64,000 nucleotides of DNA from Eledone cirrhosa (lineage: Eukaryota): positions 216,442,001 through 216,506,000 of the forward strand of contig OZ024741.1 of the NCBI GenBank assembly GCA_964016885.1, read 5' to 3'. A program made the translations under genes and the position numbers. The notes under the pieces were generated by a model that saw only the letters and a list, made by a program, of their open reading frames with translations, was not told the DNA's origin and did no database searches. This document shows positions 25,591 to 37,208 of the stretch, piece by piece. The stretch's first letter is position 1. Every line of letters begins with the position of its first letter.

Positions 25591-26548
25591 ATTTTGAGTT
25601 TATGTTGGTTGTATACCAACACCTAAGTATGCAGGCTGAAGCACTCGACGAAGTGCGCAGGTTGGTTTGGTTACTCCGGAGTAGTGTAAAATAAAGTTAA
25701 ATAAAGGTCAAATGATTAAAATTTAGCTTCGTTTATTACTGCTATATATATTTCAGTGACAGCCATCTTTGGCTGTTACCTCTTCAGGCAGTTTGAATTA
25801 GTATGGTATAGACAAGTACATATGTTGTTTAGGTGTATGATATTGTCAATACTCTGATATGCCCAGTTCCTTGTTGGGTTGTTAATTCACTGGGGAAGTG
25901 GAGTCATATGAATTCAAACAAACGAATTTCAGTGTCACAGGTCCCCTTCTCCTCTCATTGGTCAGTTATTAGAACATTCCTCATTCTAAGTGTTGTTATT
26001 GTTGGAGTTAGCTTAAAAATTGATAAAATGGTAGAAGGGACAAGGTGTTAAAGGAACAAAATAAGAAAATAACAAAAAAAGTGTCAAACTTCCCATTGTT
26101 CAGTTCTGAGAGCATTCCTCAGTCAGATGCTCTCAGAACTGAACAATGGGAAGTTTGACACTTTTTTTGTTATTTTCTTATTTTGTTCCTTTAACACCTT
26201 GTCCCTTCTACCATTTTATCAATTTTTAAGCTAACTCCAACAATAACAACACTTAGAATGAGGAATATTCTAATAACTGACCAATGAGAGGAGAAGGGGA
26301 CCCGTGACACTGAAATTCGTTTGTTTGAATTCATATGACTCCACTTCCCCAGTGAATTAACAACCCAACAAGGAACTGGGCATATCAGAGTATTGACAAT
26401 ATCATACACCTAAACAACATATGTACTTGTCTATACCATACTAATTCAAACTGCCTGAAGAGGTCACAGCCAAAGATGGCTGTCACTGAAATATATATAG
26501 CAGTAATAAACGAAGCTAAATTTTAATCATTTGACTTTTATTTAACTT

Positions 26549-26554
<6 letters not shown>
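25591..26554. mobile_element. asymmetric fold-back element with ~430-bp arms in (TA)n
   Basis: Arms ~25688-26116 and 26126-26554, with the left arm extended ~100 bp. Confidence 0.85.
26450..26504 (+). ncRNA. type I hammerhead with palindromic stem III
   Basis: actgc-CUGAAGA-g gtcacagcca aaga tggctgtcact-GAAA-tatata-UA-gcagt. Mirror copy at 25738-25792 (-). Confidence 0.85.
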
Positions 26555-26592
<38 letters not shown>

Positions 26593-26789
26593 TTTAATAA
26601 TCTGCATTCGTTAGCTTAGCCGCAGCCTAAAGTTTCGTTAATGCTGTACTAAAATTTGTAAATATATATATAGATAGAAGTTAAGGTGAAACAATTGTTC
26701 TCGGTATGGTGAACTAACTGTTGTGTAACCTATTCTACCTAACTCGTCCCATGGACTACCACTACGGATATTACCTTCCAGTGTTCTAC

Positions 26790-26846
<57 letters not shown>

Positions 26847-26899
26847 AATAAGGGCGCTGCGGAGTTGCAAATGGGTTACATATGAAAAAAGTTTGTCCT

Positions 26900-26969
26900 T
26901 CATCAGTGATCTTCCAACCATCATAGGCATTTCATCGCTTTAAAGACCATATGCCTCCGGTTGGTGCGA
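26900..26969 (-). ncRNA. candidate permuted (pseudoknotted) hammerhead ribozyme, family A
   Basis: tcgc a ccaacc gg aggca-UA-tggtctt taaa gcga t-GAAA-tgcct atgat ggttgg aagatca-CUGAUGA. Confidence 0.65.
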
Positions 26970-27050
26970 GCAACGGCTAAAAAAAGTCGTTGGGACACGT
27001 AAATAAAGGGGACGCGAGGGTAAACAAACAAAATGGTGAAGCAACAGAAA

Positions 27051-27126
<76 letters not shown>

Positions 27127-27237
27127 AAAATGAGTTGTTTTTTTAATAAAAAAAACGAGATGTCCTACACGGATGAAAGTATAAGGAAAAGAAATCGAAA
27201 ATGCAACTGGAGTCTTTTTAAGAATATTTATTTATTT

Positions 27238-27275
27238 CCTTTACCGGTTTCACAGTTCTTATGCTTCTCAAAAGT
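27238..27275 (-). ncRNA. minimal hammerhead, U3-A8 variant
   Basis: ctt-UUGAGAA-gca taagaac tgt-GAAA-ccgg-UA-aag. Same family as 19640. Confidence 0.6.
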
Positions 27276-27619
27276 AGAATTGACATGGGGGGGTTGGGGT
27301 TTGTCCCACATCTGGCTCGTTTTCGAAAGTTCTTTCTGTTTTATGTGGAAAGGATGGCTCGAATTGCTGAGATTTTTTTTTAAAATAATTTTGTTGGTTG
27401 ATGACTGTCACGTGAATAAGTACAATACATTTCGCGCCATTTCGCGTTCCAAAGTTCTTATTGTATTTGCCTTAAAAAACGTGGCTCAAATTGTTGTTTT
27501 TTATAAATGTCATCAACCAACCAAATTACACTTATAAAAAAACAACAATTTGAGCCACATTTTGATGGCAGCTTGCTATTTTAACAGCTTCCTTGCGTTG
27601 AGTTTTTCCCATTATCCTA

Positions 27620-27656
<37 letters not shown>

Positions 27657-27785
27657 GTAATCGGAGTTTTTCGAATGTTAATAATAATATTCGATTCATT
27701 TGTAATTATGCAAACAAGCCTCATATTTAAAGCCATGTCAGTAGAATGAGCCCCTCATTCTTGTTCTTGTGTTGGTTTGTAAACA

Positions 27786-27835
27786 GAACTGCAGACACTA
27801 ATGTTTCTGGGTATCACCCTTCATCAGTACAGTTC
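27786..27835 (-). ncRNA. type I hammerhead
   Basis: gaactgta-CUGAUGA-a gggt gat accc a-GAAA-cattagtg-UC-tgcagttc. Confidence 0.85.
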
Positions 27836-28016
27836 ACTGTTCACCTGCCAACCTTCAGAGCTAGTGAGGATATACAATTTTTTCTAAAATATACAGTGAC
27901 TGATCGGCCTGATTTGCATATTAGCAGACTGGCTGATCAGTCAGATCTGCATATTAACAAATCCACTGATCAGCCAGATTTGCGTATCAGCAGACTTGCC
28001 AGTGAGTTTACTTTTT

Positions 28017-28125
<109 letters not shown>

Positions 28126-28134
28126 AAAGGTAAA

Positions 28135-28513
28135 CAGAAATAACAACACAATCGGTACAGTATATGGAAGGTATATATTAGATTAACGCTTGATATAGCA
28201 GGAAGAGGGTCTTAGCGTTTCGGATGCTAGTCCTTCATCAGAAGAAAGAATGATAAATAAAATAGAATGAGGGGACGGGCGGGTTTGAATTTGAAAAAAT
28301 GTCTTTAGATAAAAATAACAGGTTCATTCATGTTGACATCTCTTGCAAGTTGACATCTCTTGCAAAACTGTTGGTGCTGGCGTTTTGTGTATGATTTGTT
28401 TTTTTTAGAAAAGTGGATGATGGAGCGCGTCTACCTGAAATGGAAAAAAAAACCGTTTTGTAAAAAGAGCTATACTTGAGTATATACGTGCGTAAGCATG
28501 TGTTTGAGTGTGT

Positions 28514-28578
<65 letters not shown>

Positions 28579-29150
28579 TATTATAGGTCCGTACGAAGCT
28601 AAGAAGAAATGTATGTATATATGTGAGTAAAAGAGTGTGTGTGTGCATGTAAGTACGAAGCTATGAGCAAAAGTATGTTAATATAAGGGTGTGTATCGGC
28701 ATGTATTAGTAGTAAGAGAGAAGCTTCAAATGTTCGGCGAAACGGTCCGCCACACGGCGTCCCGTTTGTCCGATATATAAAGACCCGCAAAGGGAACACC
28801 GGAGGGCATAGACAACATGGGTGGATGTGCAGGCGAAGGAATGGCGGATACGGAAAGACCCGTTAGGGCCTGTAAGAGTGGTGAGGGTGGAAATAGAGGG
28901 ACAAGTGTTGCAGCGGGAACGGGAACAAGGATGAGAGCGGAGTGGAGTCGTAGGAGAGGACGAAAAAGAACTACGAACCAGGAGGTCACGGAGGTTTCGG
29001 GCGCGCTTAAAAGCAGTAATGGGTGGGTTTGGAAAAAAGCGAGAAGTGTCGGGGTCAGAAGAGGGCATACGGATGGAACGGAGGATGTGTCGCCGGAGTG
29101 GTAGGGTGATGGGATGGTAGGTGAGAGGGAAAGGAACACGGGTGAGGTGA
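28135..29150 (-). mobile_element. Penelope-like (Neptune-type) 3' fragment: GIY-YIG and pLTR with degenerate HHR
   Basis: AFKRARNLRDLLVRS..C...RC.TC..F.C.S..VVYALRC..C...YIGQTGR....RFAEH at 28706-29068. HHR remnant at 28210-28245. Confidence 0.85.
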
Positions 29151-29281
29151 GAGGGCTGTCATGCAGTCTGTTTCACGGGCGCGTTTATATATATGTGTAT
29201 ATATATATATGTATATATATATGAACATTTTCAAGACCCCGACGGCAGAGCTCAAACCGTTTCGACGGCTCACTTCCTTCG

Positions 29282-29329
<48 letters not shown>

Positions 29330-29534
29330 TATGCATAATGCCGATGTAAATCGGGAGGCGGCGACTGTCAAAAAGGGTACTCAACACGTTCGTAGTGTAT
29401 AGGTATATTCATTTTATTATAGAAATGACTTCTACGGGACTAGAACTGTTTCATTTGTCAGAAATCAGCTGGGAATATATATATATAAACAATTCTAATC
29501 CTGTTGATGTCATTTCCACAATAAAATAAATGAT

Positions 29535-29664
<130 letters not shown>

Positions 29665-29769
29665 ATAAAGAGAGAGATGCATACACACACAAAAACCGCA
29701 TGTATATTTGTGTGTGAGTATGCATCTCTTCCTTTCTCTGTCTATCGTTCTGCATATATATATATATAT

Positions 29770-29935
29770 AAACAATGAGTTATTTGATTTGTTGATTAAT
29801 TTATAACAGAGTGCTTCTAATCTGTTATAAATTAATCAACAAATTAAATAACTCATTGTTTACACTTAGCTCCTCTACGTCGAGTGCTTTACTCTATAAC
29901 TGATTATAAATCCATCTACTAATATTATTGGTATA
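29770..29935. mobile_element. short asymmetric fold-back next to (TA)n, no HHR seen
   Basis: aaacaatgagttattt..ataacaga inverted at 29770-29811 and 29820-29862. Confidence 0.6.
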
Positions 29936-29947
29936 TATAGAAGTCAT

Positions 29948-30133
29948 GAATTGGCAGTATCGGTAGAGGGTCGGACGCCATGCTTTGACGCATAGAGTTA
30001 CGGCCCTTGCCATTCTGAGTTCAAATCCCGCCGAGGTTAACTTTGCCTTTCATCCTTACGGGGTCGATAAAATAAAGTACCAGTAATGCACTGGGATAAT
30101 TACTGGCCTGTGCCAAATGTAGAAACAATTATT
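29948..30133 (+). mobile_element. family-1 SINE
   Basis: A/B boxes and body as in 1631-1824. Confidence 0.85.
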
Positions 30134-30354
30134 GATATATATATATATATGCATGTGCGTGTGTGTGTATATGTAAGTTATAGCATTTATTTAACTCCAT
30201 AGTATTAACCTCGATAAAATACATCCATTTAGCCGTCCATCTTCAGAAACACTTGCTTTTGATAATTTGCTCTCTGAAACGATCGTAAAACAATGGATTA
30301 AATAAGTACTAAACCTTGTCTCATTTGTTTTCCTTGTTCAACACCATGTATTAA

Positions 30355-30440
30355 GTTGTTGCCCGGTATTCGCAGGGGTTACGTTCCTAGTGCACCCGCG
30401 AAGAGTGAAAAACCGCGAATATTGGACGTGGTCCATAAAA
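30355..30440 (+). mobile_element. Tigger/pogo-like terminal fragment
   Basis: cccggtattcgcaggggttacgttcc...cccgcgaa...ccgcgaa resembles Tigger-type TIR/subterminal repeats. Confidence 0.5.
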
Positions 30441-31272
30441 AGGCCTATAAACGTCAAATTATAACATAAAATATAATAAAGAAATAGGTCGGCAAATATG
30501 GTATATTGTTATTAATAATTTAGCGTTAAAAAAAAATATATATATATTGTTTCTATTTTTGGCACAAGTTACTCAGTGCATTACTGGTGCATTTTGGCAC
30601 CAATTACTCAGTGCATTACTGGTACTTTATTTTATACATATACATTGCCACGAAAAAAGCCATAAAAGAAATCGCGGGATAATATGCTGTGTTTCCCATG
30701 AATAATTGTGTGTGTGTGTGTGTGTGTGTGTTGTGCGTGTCGGTGAGAAATTACAAAAACATCTCCACACTGTTGCTCCTTTTAACAAATAGACTGTAAA
30801 TATAGGATTCAAAGCATTTCCTTCAGCCAGTCTATTTCCCTCACTCTCTCTCTTTCTCTCTTTCTCTCCCCATCTATCTATACATATATATAAAACTGTT
30901 GTCTCTCTATGTGTGTGTGTGTTCATTCATTTATGCAAAGTCTATACAAATCCACATTTCTACTCCGATTGACGTCAAACTTGCACTTATATATTCCTTG
31001 CAGTCTAAAGATACTAACTTTTATTTTTCAATTTTCTGTTGTTTAAAGGGGTGTTAGGCGCCGGTTATCCATATCCGTCGAGCCCTTATAATATATGTCT
31101 GTATGTCTGCCTGTCTGCATAGCGACATTCTGACGAACACTTCATTGCTGACGTATTATCTTCGCTACATTCACACACACACACATATATATATATATAT
31201 ACATATATACTTATATGTACATATATACACATATATCCATATACACACACATATATACACATATGCATATAT

Positions 31273-31325
<53 letters not shown>

Positions 31326-31369
31326 CAATCGCATACACATACATATATACATATATATATATATCTATA

Positions 31370-31455
<86 letters not shown>

Positions 31456-32419
31456 CAATCGCATGCACATACATATATCCACATATACATATATATAAAT
31501 TAGTTTTGCGATATAAAAGACACAGAAGCGAAAAGCGAAAACCAACCAAACAGTGAGTGTGTTCTGTTATTAATTCTGGCAATATTACATAAATATGACC
31601 CTCCCCAAGTATAACATATATATAAATATACACGTAAAAATATATGTATATACACATACAGACACACACATATATATATATATATATGCATACATACACA
31701 CATATATATATATCTGTGTGTATATATATATATGTGTACACAGATACATTGCAGGTCGCTTTAACCCGTCTTTTATTATTAAAAAAACTTCTTGCCAATA
31801 AACATTAACCCTTTGTGCGCCATTCATCTAACTGTAGCCCAACAAATACCAACTAAGCGGAGCGTTGATAAGAACGATGGCAAATGAATCTTCGAGGTAA
31901 AGTTTCCTCCCGAGCTGTTAGTTCACGCGGGATTCTCTGCCTCACCTTTTTCGTAATAATACCGAACAACGTACTGCTGGTCACTCCTTCCTCCAAAAGC
32001 CGTACAAAGCGGACATGTGCATCGGGCAGATGGATTGGGTGCAAATCTACACCAGGCCTACCGAGAAATTCGCAAGGGACTGCACCGAGAGGGATAGAGA
32101 GAAAGAGTAACTTAGTGGAAAGAGCGCGAATGAACTTTTTAGGTAAGTACCCTACGCCTTACTGCTGTGACACTGGAACCTTCTGCCAACTTAACCTGTG
32201 ACTTTCTCTTTCACATTTACTCCAAAAGGCCAAAACAGAGGAGTATGAAAAGAAGGGGCTCAACAATATTTCTATGAACAATGCACGTAGACAGCTAAAC
32301 TGTACTTTCAACTTCTTAATTTTCTCCAAATAAAGCAAGTTTCTTGTCGGTATATTTTCGTGAGTTTTTAACAGACACTCACAAATAAACGTTTCTCATT
32401 GGAGGTGCTATTACCAATG

Positions 32420-32454
32420 TTCTTACCCGTGCAACGCCAGGATACACTGCTAGT
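32420..32454 (+). mobile_element. putative Helitron 3' terminus
   Basis: Imperfect GC hairpin acccgtgcaacgccagg followed by CTAG|T. Confidence 0.5.
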
Positions 32455-32487
32455 CCTATATATACATACATACATACACACACACAG

Positions 32488-33022
32488 GATGGCTGCCCCC
32501 TCGTTATCAAGTATGGCCATTGCTCAATGTACCATTATTATTAATTATTAATTAATTCTGTCGTGCAATGCCTGTGCATGAAGATATTTTTTAAAGTGAG
32601 GAAACACTGTGCACTGAGCCAATCCAACTTTCTGAGCGACAGTAGCTATAACCCGAAAAGAAGAAAAGATCAACATGATCGGTAACTACTGAGCCGCAGG
32701 TTTTATATCAGAGTTATCACAGTTTCCTGAGTTGCCTTCTCCTAGAAGAATGCCCTGACAAAGGCTAGGGATCCTTCCCTCCCAGTGGCTTAACCGCGTG
32801 GTACATGTGTATATACATATTTACACACATTTGGATGGCCTTTGAATCTTATGAGTTCTTCCGCCCTTTGTCAGGTTTTGTTTTTTGTCCTGCAGGGTGT
32901 CCAAAATCACCCTCCTCACCAAGTAAACTTGGTGGGGTTGCCGGTTTAGTCGCCGACGACCCGACCATGCGACAGGTTTTACTGGGTTACATGTTACCAG
33001 TAGCACTGAAGAGTGACCCGAC
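32488..33022 (-). mobile_element. non-autonomous RTE-derived element
   Basis: Same 5' module as 12920-13120 and a 3' end shared with 13340-13397. Confidence 0.65.
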
Positions 33023-33033
33023 ATATACATACC

Positions 33034-33087
<54 letters not shown>

Positions 33088-33165
33088 AAATATATTTTTC
33101 GTGCTATTTCCAACTTCACCTTTTCTCTATATCCACTGTTTTGTATAGAACTTTACTTCCATTTC

Positions 33166-33315
<150 letters not shown>

Positions 33316-33362
33316 TGTATATATATATATATTTATATTTATTTTATTTATTTTATTTATTT

Positions 33363-33428
33363 TATTTTATTATATATATTTCAAGGGCAACCAAGGCAAA
33401 TTAAGGTGCGCTTTCATCAGATAAAATA
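33363..33428 (-). ncRNA. type I hammerhead with palindromic stem III
   Basis: tattttat-CUGAUGA-aagcgcacc..ggttgccctt-GAAA-tatata-UA-ataaaata. Confidence 0.8.
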
Positions 33429-33599
33429 CAGATTTGTTTTATAAATAAATATTGACATACCCGGAAAAAAAGACAACCTTAACGGTTGGAGCTTCCTGGA
33501 TAGACAGGAAATGTTTATATATATATAAACGTTTGGAGTTAGAAGGCCAGAACAATGCAGGTATGGATATAGAATATAAATACAAATGCAAAAGATATT

Positions 33600-35575
33600 G
33601 CTGACAATTAGTCTTTTACCTTAAATTTATTTGAATATCCTAATTTTCGAGATAATATCTCTTCTTCGGGGGGTGGGGGGGAGGGGGGAGTAAAGAGGTT
33701 AATCCAGTGTTCTAATTAGCTTGCCAAGTCATGCTGACAGGAAATGGTATAGAAATTCCATTCTATTTCGAAGGTCAAAAAGTGAAGGTTAGGTGGATAA
33801 AGTGTTGTCTCCCTTTAAAAGAGGTTTGGGCATGTATGTTTAAGTGTGTGTGGGAGAATACGTGAAGGTGTAAGCGTGCGTGTGTGTGTGTGTGTATGTG
33901 TGAGTGTGAGAGGATATGTATATATGTAAATGTGGGGGCTAGATCCTCTATCATGTTAAAACTGGTCTTTGTGTGTGTATGTGAGAATAAGTGGACGTGT
34001 AAGCGTGTGTGTGTGTGTGTCTGTGTGCGTGTGCGTGTGTGTGTGAGAGGGGGTACGTGGCGGTGTAAGTGTGGGGCTAGGTGCTTTATCATGTTAAAAA
34101 TTGGGTGTTGAGTTCTAGTCTGTTATTGATTGGTGGTTGCGTTTTGTCTATAATCAGTGCTTCTTTAATTCTAAGATTGCCGAGGTTTCTTTCCTTAGCT
34201 TCTATCCTAACTATTATGTTTTTGTCGGTGTTTTTGCATTTCACTAGGTGTTTCTTAAATGAGGAAGCGTTAGTATTGAGGTGCTCTTTTATTCTTATGT
34301 GAAGTGGTCTGGTGGTGCTACCTATGTAGAAATTGCTGCATTTGTCGCACTCTAATCTGTGTACGGCTTAAGCCTGGTGCAATAGGTTTATCTCGTTGGT
34401 GGGGCAGTTGGCTAGCCTGCAGCGGCTGTCATGTCTGGTGGAGTGTCATTTGGTTAGCTGTCCGCGTAGAGAAGGTCCTGAGTGGGCTAGTTGGATATCT
34501 AGTCCCTCTCGTCTGATAGCTCAGCGGATATCTGTTTCGTCACTGAAGTGTGGGAGCTTCAGGAAGCAAGTGTTAGTGCCTCGGGTGTGGTGTCCTCTGT
34601 TATTTCTGGCACGGTTCGCAGTGGATGTCGAGTATTCGTTCAGTTTAAATACTTACAGGAAATGTGTGGTGTGTGTCTTGGTCTCTTGCGTCGGTGCATT
34701 TGTTCCGGATACGTGTAGTTCATTCCTTATGTATCCGAACTTAGCGCTGGCTGGGAGGGCCCTGCTGGCGGCTTTTTTTATAGAAGCAGGTGTGGATGTT
34801 GCCTTCCTCTGTTACCCTGAGTTGGAAGTACAATAGGGATAGGGATCCGCGGTCATCGGGGTGTTCCATGCTGAACTTTATACTGGCGTCCATGCTGGAG
34901 AATGTCGTGTATATTTGATCCGCTTCTTCACGGGATGATGTAAGGTATAGGAATGGCAGGTGTTGAGGGCTCGGCATTCTAGCTGGTTCATAGAAGTGAT
35001 GGCCAGTAGGCCCGATAGGCTGGATCCCATGGGTAATCCTGTTGTCTGTCTGTATGTGTGGTTGGGGATGGTGAAGTATGTGTTGTCCACTGTGAAGGAC
35101 AAAAGCTGGTGTATGTCCGTCGGATGGAGGCCGTAGGCATATCTATTTAGTTTAAGTTGTTCTGGCTGGAGTTGGAGTAGTTTACGTATGACATCGTCGG
35201 AGCTACTGACATGCGCGGGAAAGGTGGAGAGTAGAGGCTTGAGGACCTGGGAGAGGAGCCAGGAGATTTTGTATAGGGGTCGGTCCTTCTATGCTAGAGA
35301 CGATGGATCTTATTTGTGTCTTAGTACTATTCTTGTAGGTCTTGATGAGGTGATAGAAAGTGGGCAGTCTGCTATTTCTAGTGGTGTAGTTGAACTTAAA
35401 TTTATTTGGGAGTTGTCTTCTCCTACAGATGTCGAACCAGATGGAGTTGGCCTGTTTTTCAATCTGGGCTGCAGTTATGTCCGGGATCTCTGTATACAGT
35501 TCGTTGTCGCTTAGGTGTTCAAAGGCTAGGTTGTTGTATGGTTCGACATCTGTAGTAGAAGACAACTCCCAAGTA
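33600..35575 (-). mobile_element. Penelope-like (Poseidon-type) element, degraded
   Basis: RLPTFYHLIKTYK..RSIVS, NTYF....YRQTTGLPMGSSLS, IKFSMEH and a GIY-YIG remnant at ~34280-34370. Degenerate HHR at ~33638-33672. Confidence 0.85.
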
Positions 35576-35808
35576 AATTTCAGTCGATTGAACGTTTGAA
35601 AGTATATACTTTCCTTGTACGTATACATACTTATATTTAAGTATCAGCCGTACTAAGAGTGAGAAATGAAATTTCATTTTTTCCATTTATCGTTTTCGGT
35701 ACGCCCGGCTGACTAACTCACTCGATATGCAAATTAGGCTGCTCAGTCGTTAATATGCATAAGGAAAGTATATACTTTCAAACGTTCAATCGAATGACAG
35801 GAAGGTAT

Positions 35809-35851
35809 ACGGTGCTGATGACAGCTAATAAACTAGAAACTAGTTCATCGT
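35809..35851 (+). ncRNA. minimal type I hammerhead
   Basis: acggtg-CUGAUGA-c ag..ct a-GAAA-ctag-UU-catcgt. Follows the inverted repeat 35585-35616 / 35761-35793. Confidence 0.7.
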
Positions 35852-36317
35852 TCCTTTGTCAGTGTTGAACAAAAGGGCAACGATGGTTGCTGAACACTGT
35901 ATGGCTATTAATTCGGGCTGTTTGTTTACAAACAAACCGAACATTATAATAAATGTTCGGTAAACCCATACGTACATATATATATATGTGTGTGTGCATG
36001 TATCTATGTATATACATACTAATGTACGTCTGTATTTATATATGTATGTACATATACATACTTATATATATATACATAATGTATAATATATATAATATAT
36101 ATATAATATATATATGTAGAAGAGATATTTAATTTGTTGGAAATCCAACAACTATAGATGTTTACAACTGATTCAGAGCACTCGACAGGCTTCTGGAGTA
36201 AGTATTCAATGATATTAAATAAATGGAAACTATATTTACAAAACCACTTTCCAGGGATAACTTGAACCGTTAAGGTATATCATCCTTGGTCATGTCAAAT
36301 ATTTATAAAACATTTTG

Positions 36318-36379
36318 TATTTTATCTGATGATAGCTTACCAAAATTTTTGGTACCCTTGAAATATATATAATAGAATA
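36318..36379 (+). ncRNA. type I hammerhead (same family as 33363)
   Basis: tattttat-CUGAUGA-..tacc aaaattttt ggta..-GAAA-tatata-UA-atagaata. Lies inside the inverted repeat 36207-36246 / 36385-36423. Confidence 0.7.
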
Positions 36380-37120
36380 AATATGGTTTTATAAATATAG
36401 TTTCCATTTATTTAATATCATTGTATATATAATATATATATAATATATTTGCTACAATGTTTTCTATACCTTTCATTTATATATTTATACTCGGATTTCT
36501 TTCCTAGAGTGCTTAAATTATTTGTGACTAATCCCGATATTTTTTTATAAAAAACCGCGATAATATTGCTTTTTGCTGAACTCCTTATTGTAGAGTTTTT
36601 TTTTCGGAATGTTTTTTTACTGTTGTTTCTTGTAAACAAACATTCGTCTCATTCTGATGTCACCAGCCCGGTCTTTCCACATGTGCGTTTTATTTTTCAT
36701 AATCACGCATGATGATGAACTAGCCTGTTTTAAATTCCCTTTTTGGCATATTAATCAGTGAGAAATTTTTTAATTATCGAGTTGAGCTCTGCCGAGGATC
36801 GAATTCCAACCGTGTCCATCTCCACTGAAAGTTTTCGTGAAATAGTCTTTAAGACTATACAGAGCATTTGAAGTTTTTCCAAATTGAACGATGAGTATTT
36901 TAAACTTTATTTTATCATGAGTTAAGGCTCTATTGATTTTTCCATGGATTTCACTAAAATTTCTGTGGATGAATCTATATCCTGATTCTCTTTGAGTTGA
37001 GTTTGAATTATTTTTCCCACATCTTACGTTAATTATTTTTCCCATTTTGACGCTATAGTACCTTATATATTATGGAATACTGTTGGCTTCTTGCTACAAT
37101 AATTTCTATACCTTTCATTT

Positions 37121-37204
<84 letters not shown>

Positions 37205-37208
<4 letters not shown>

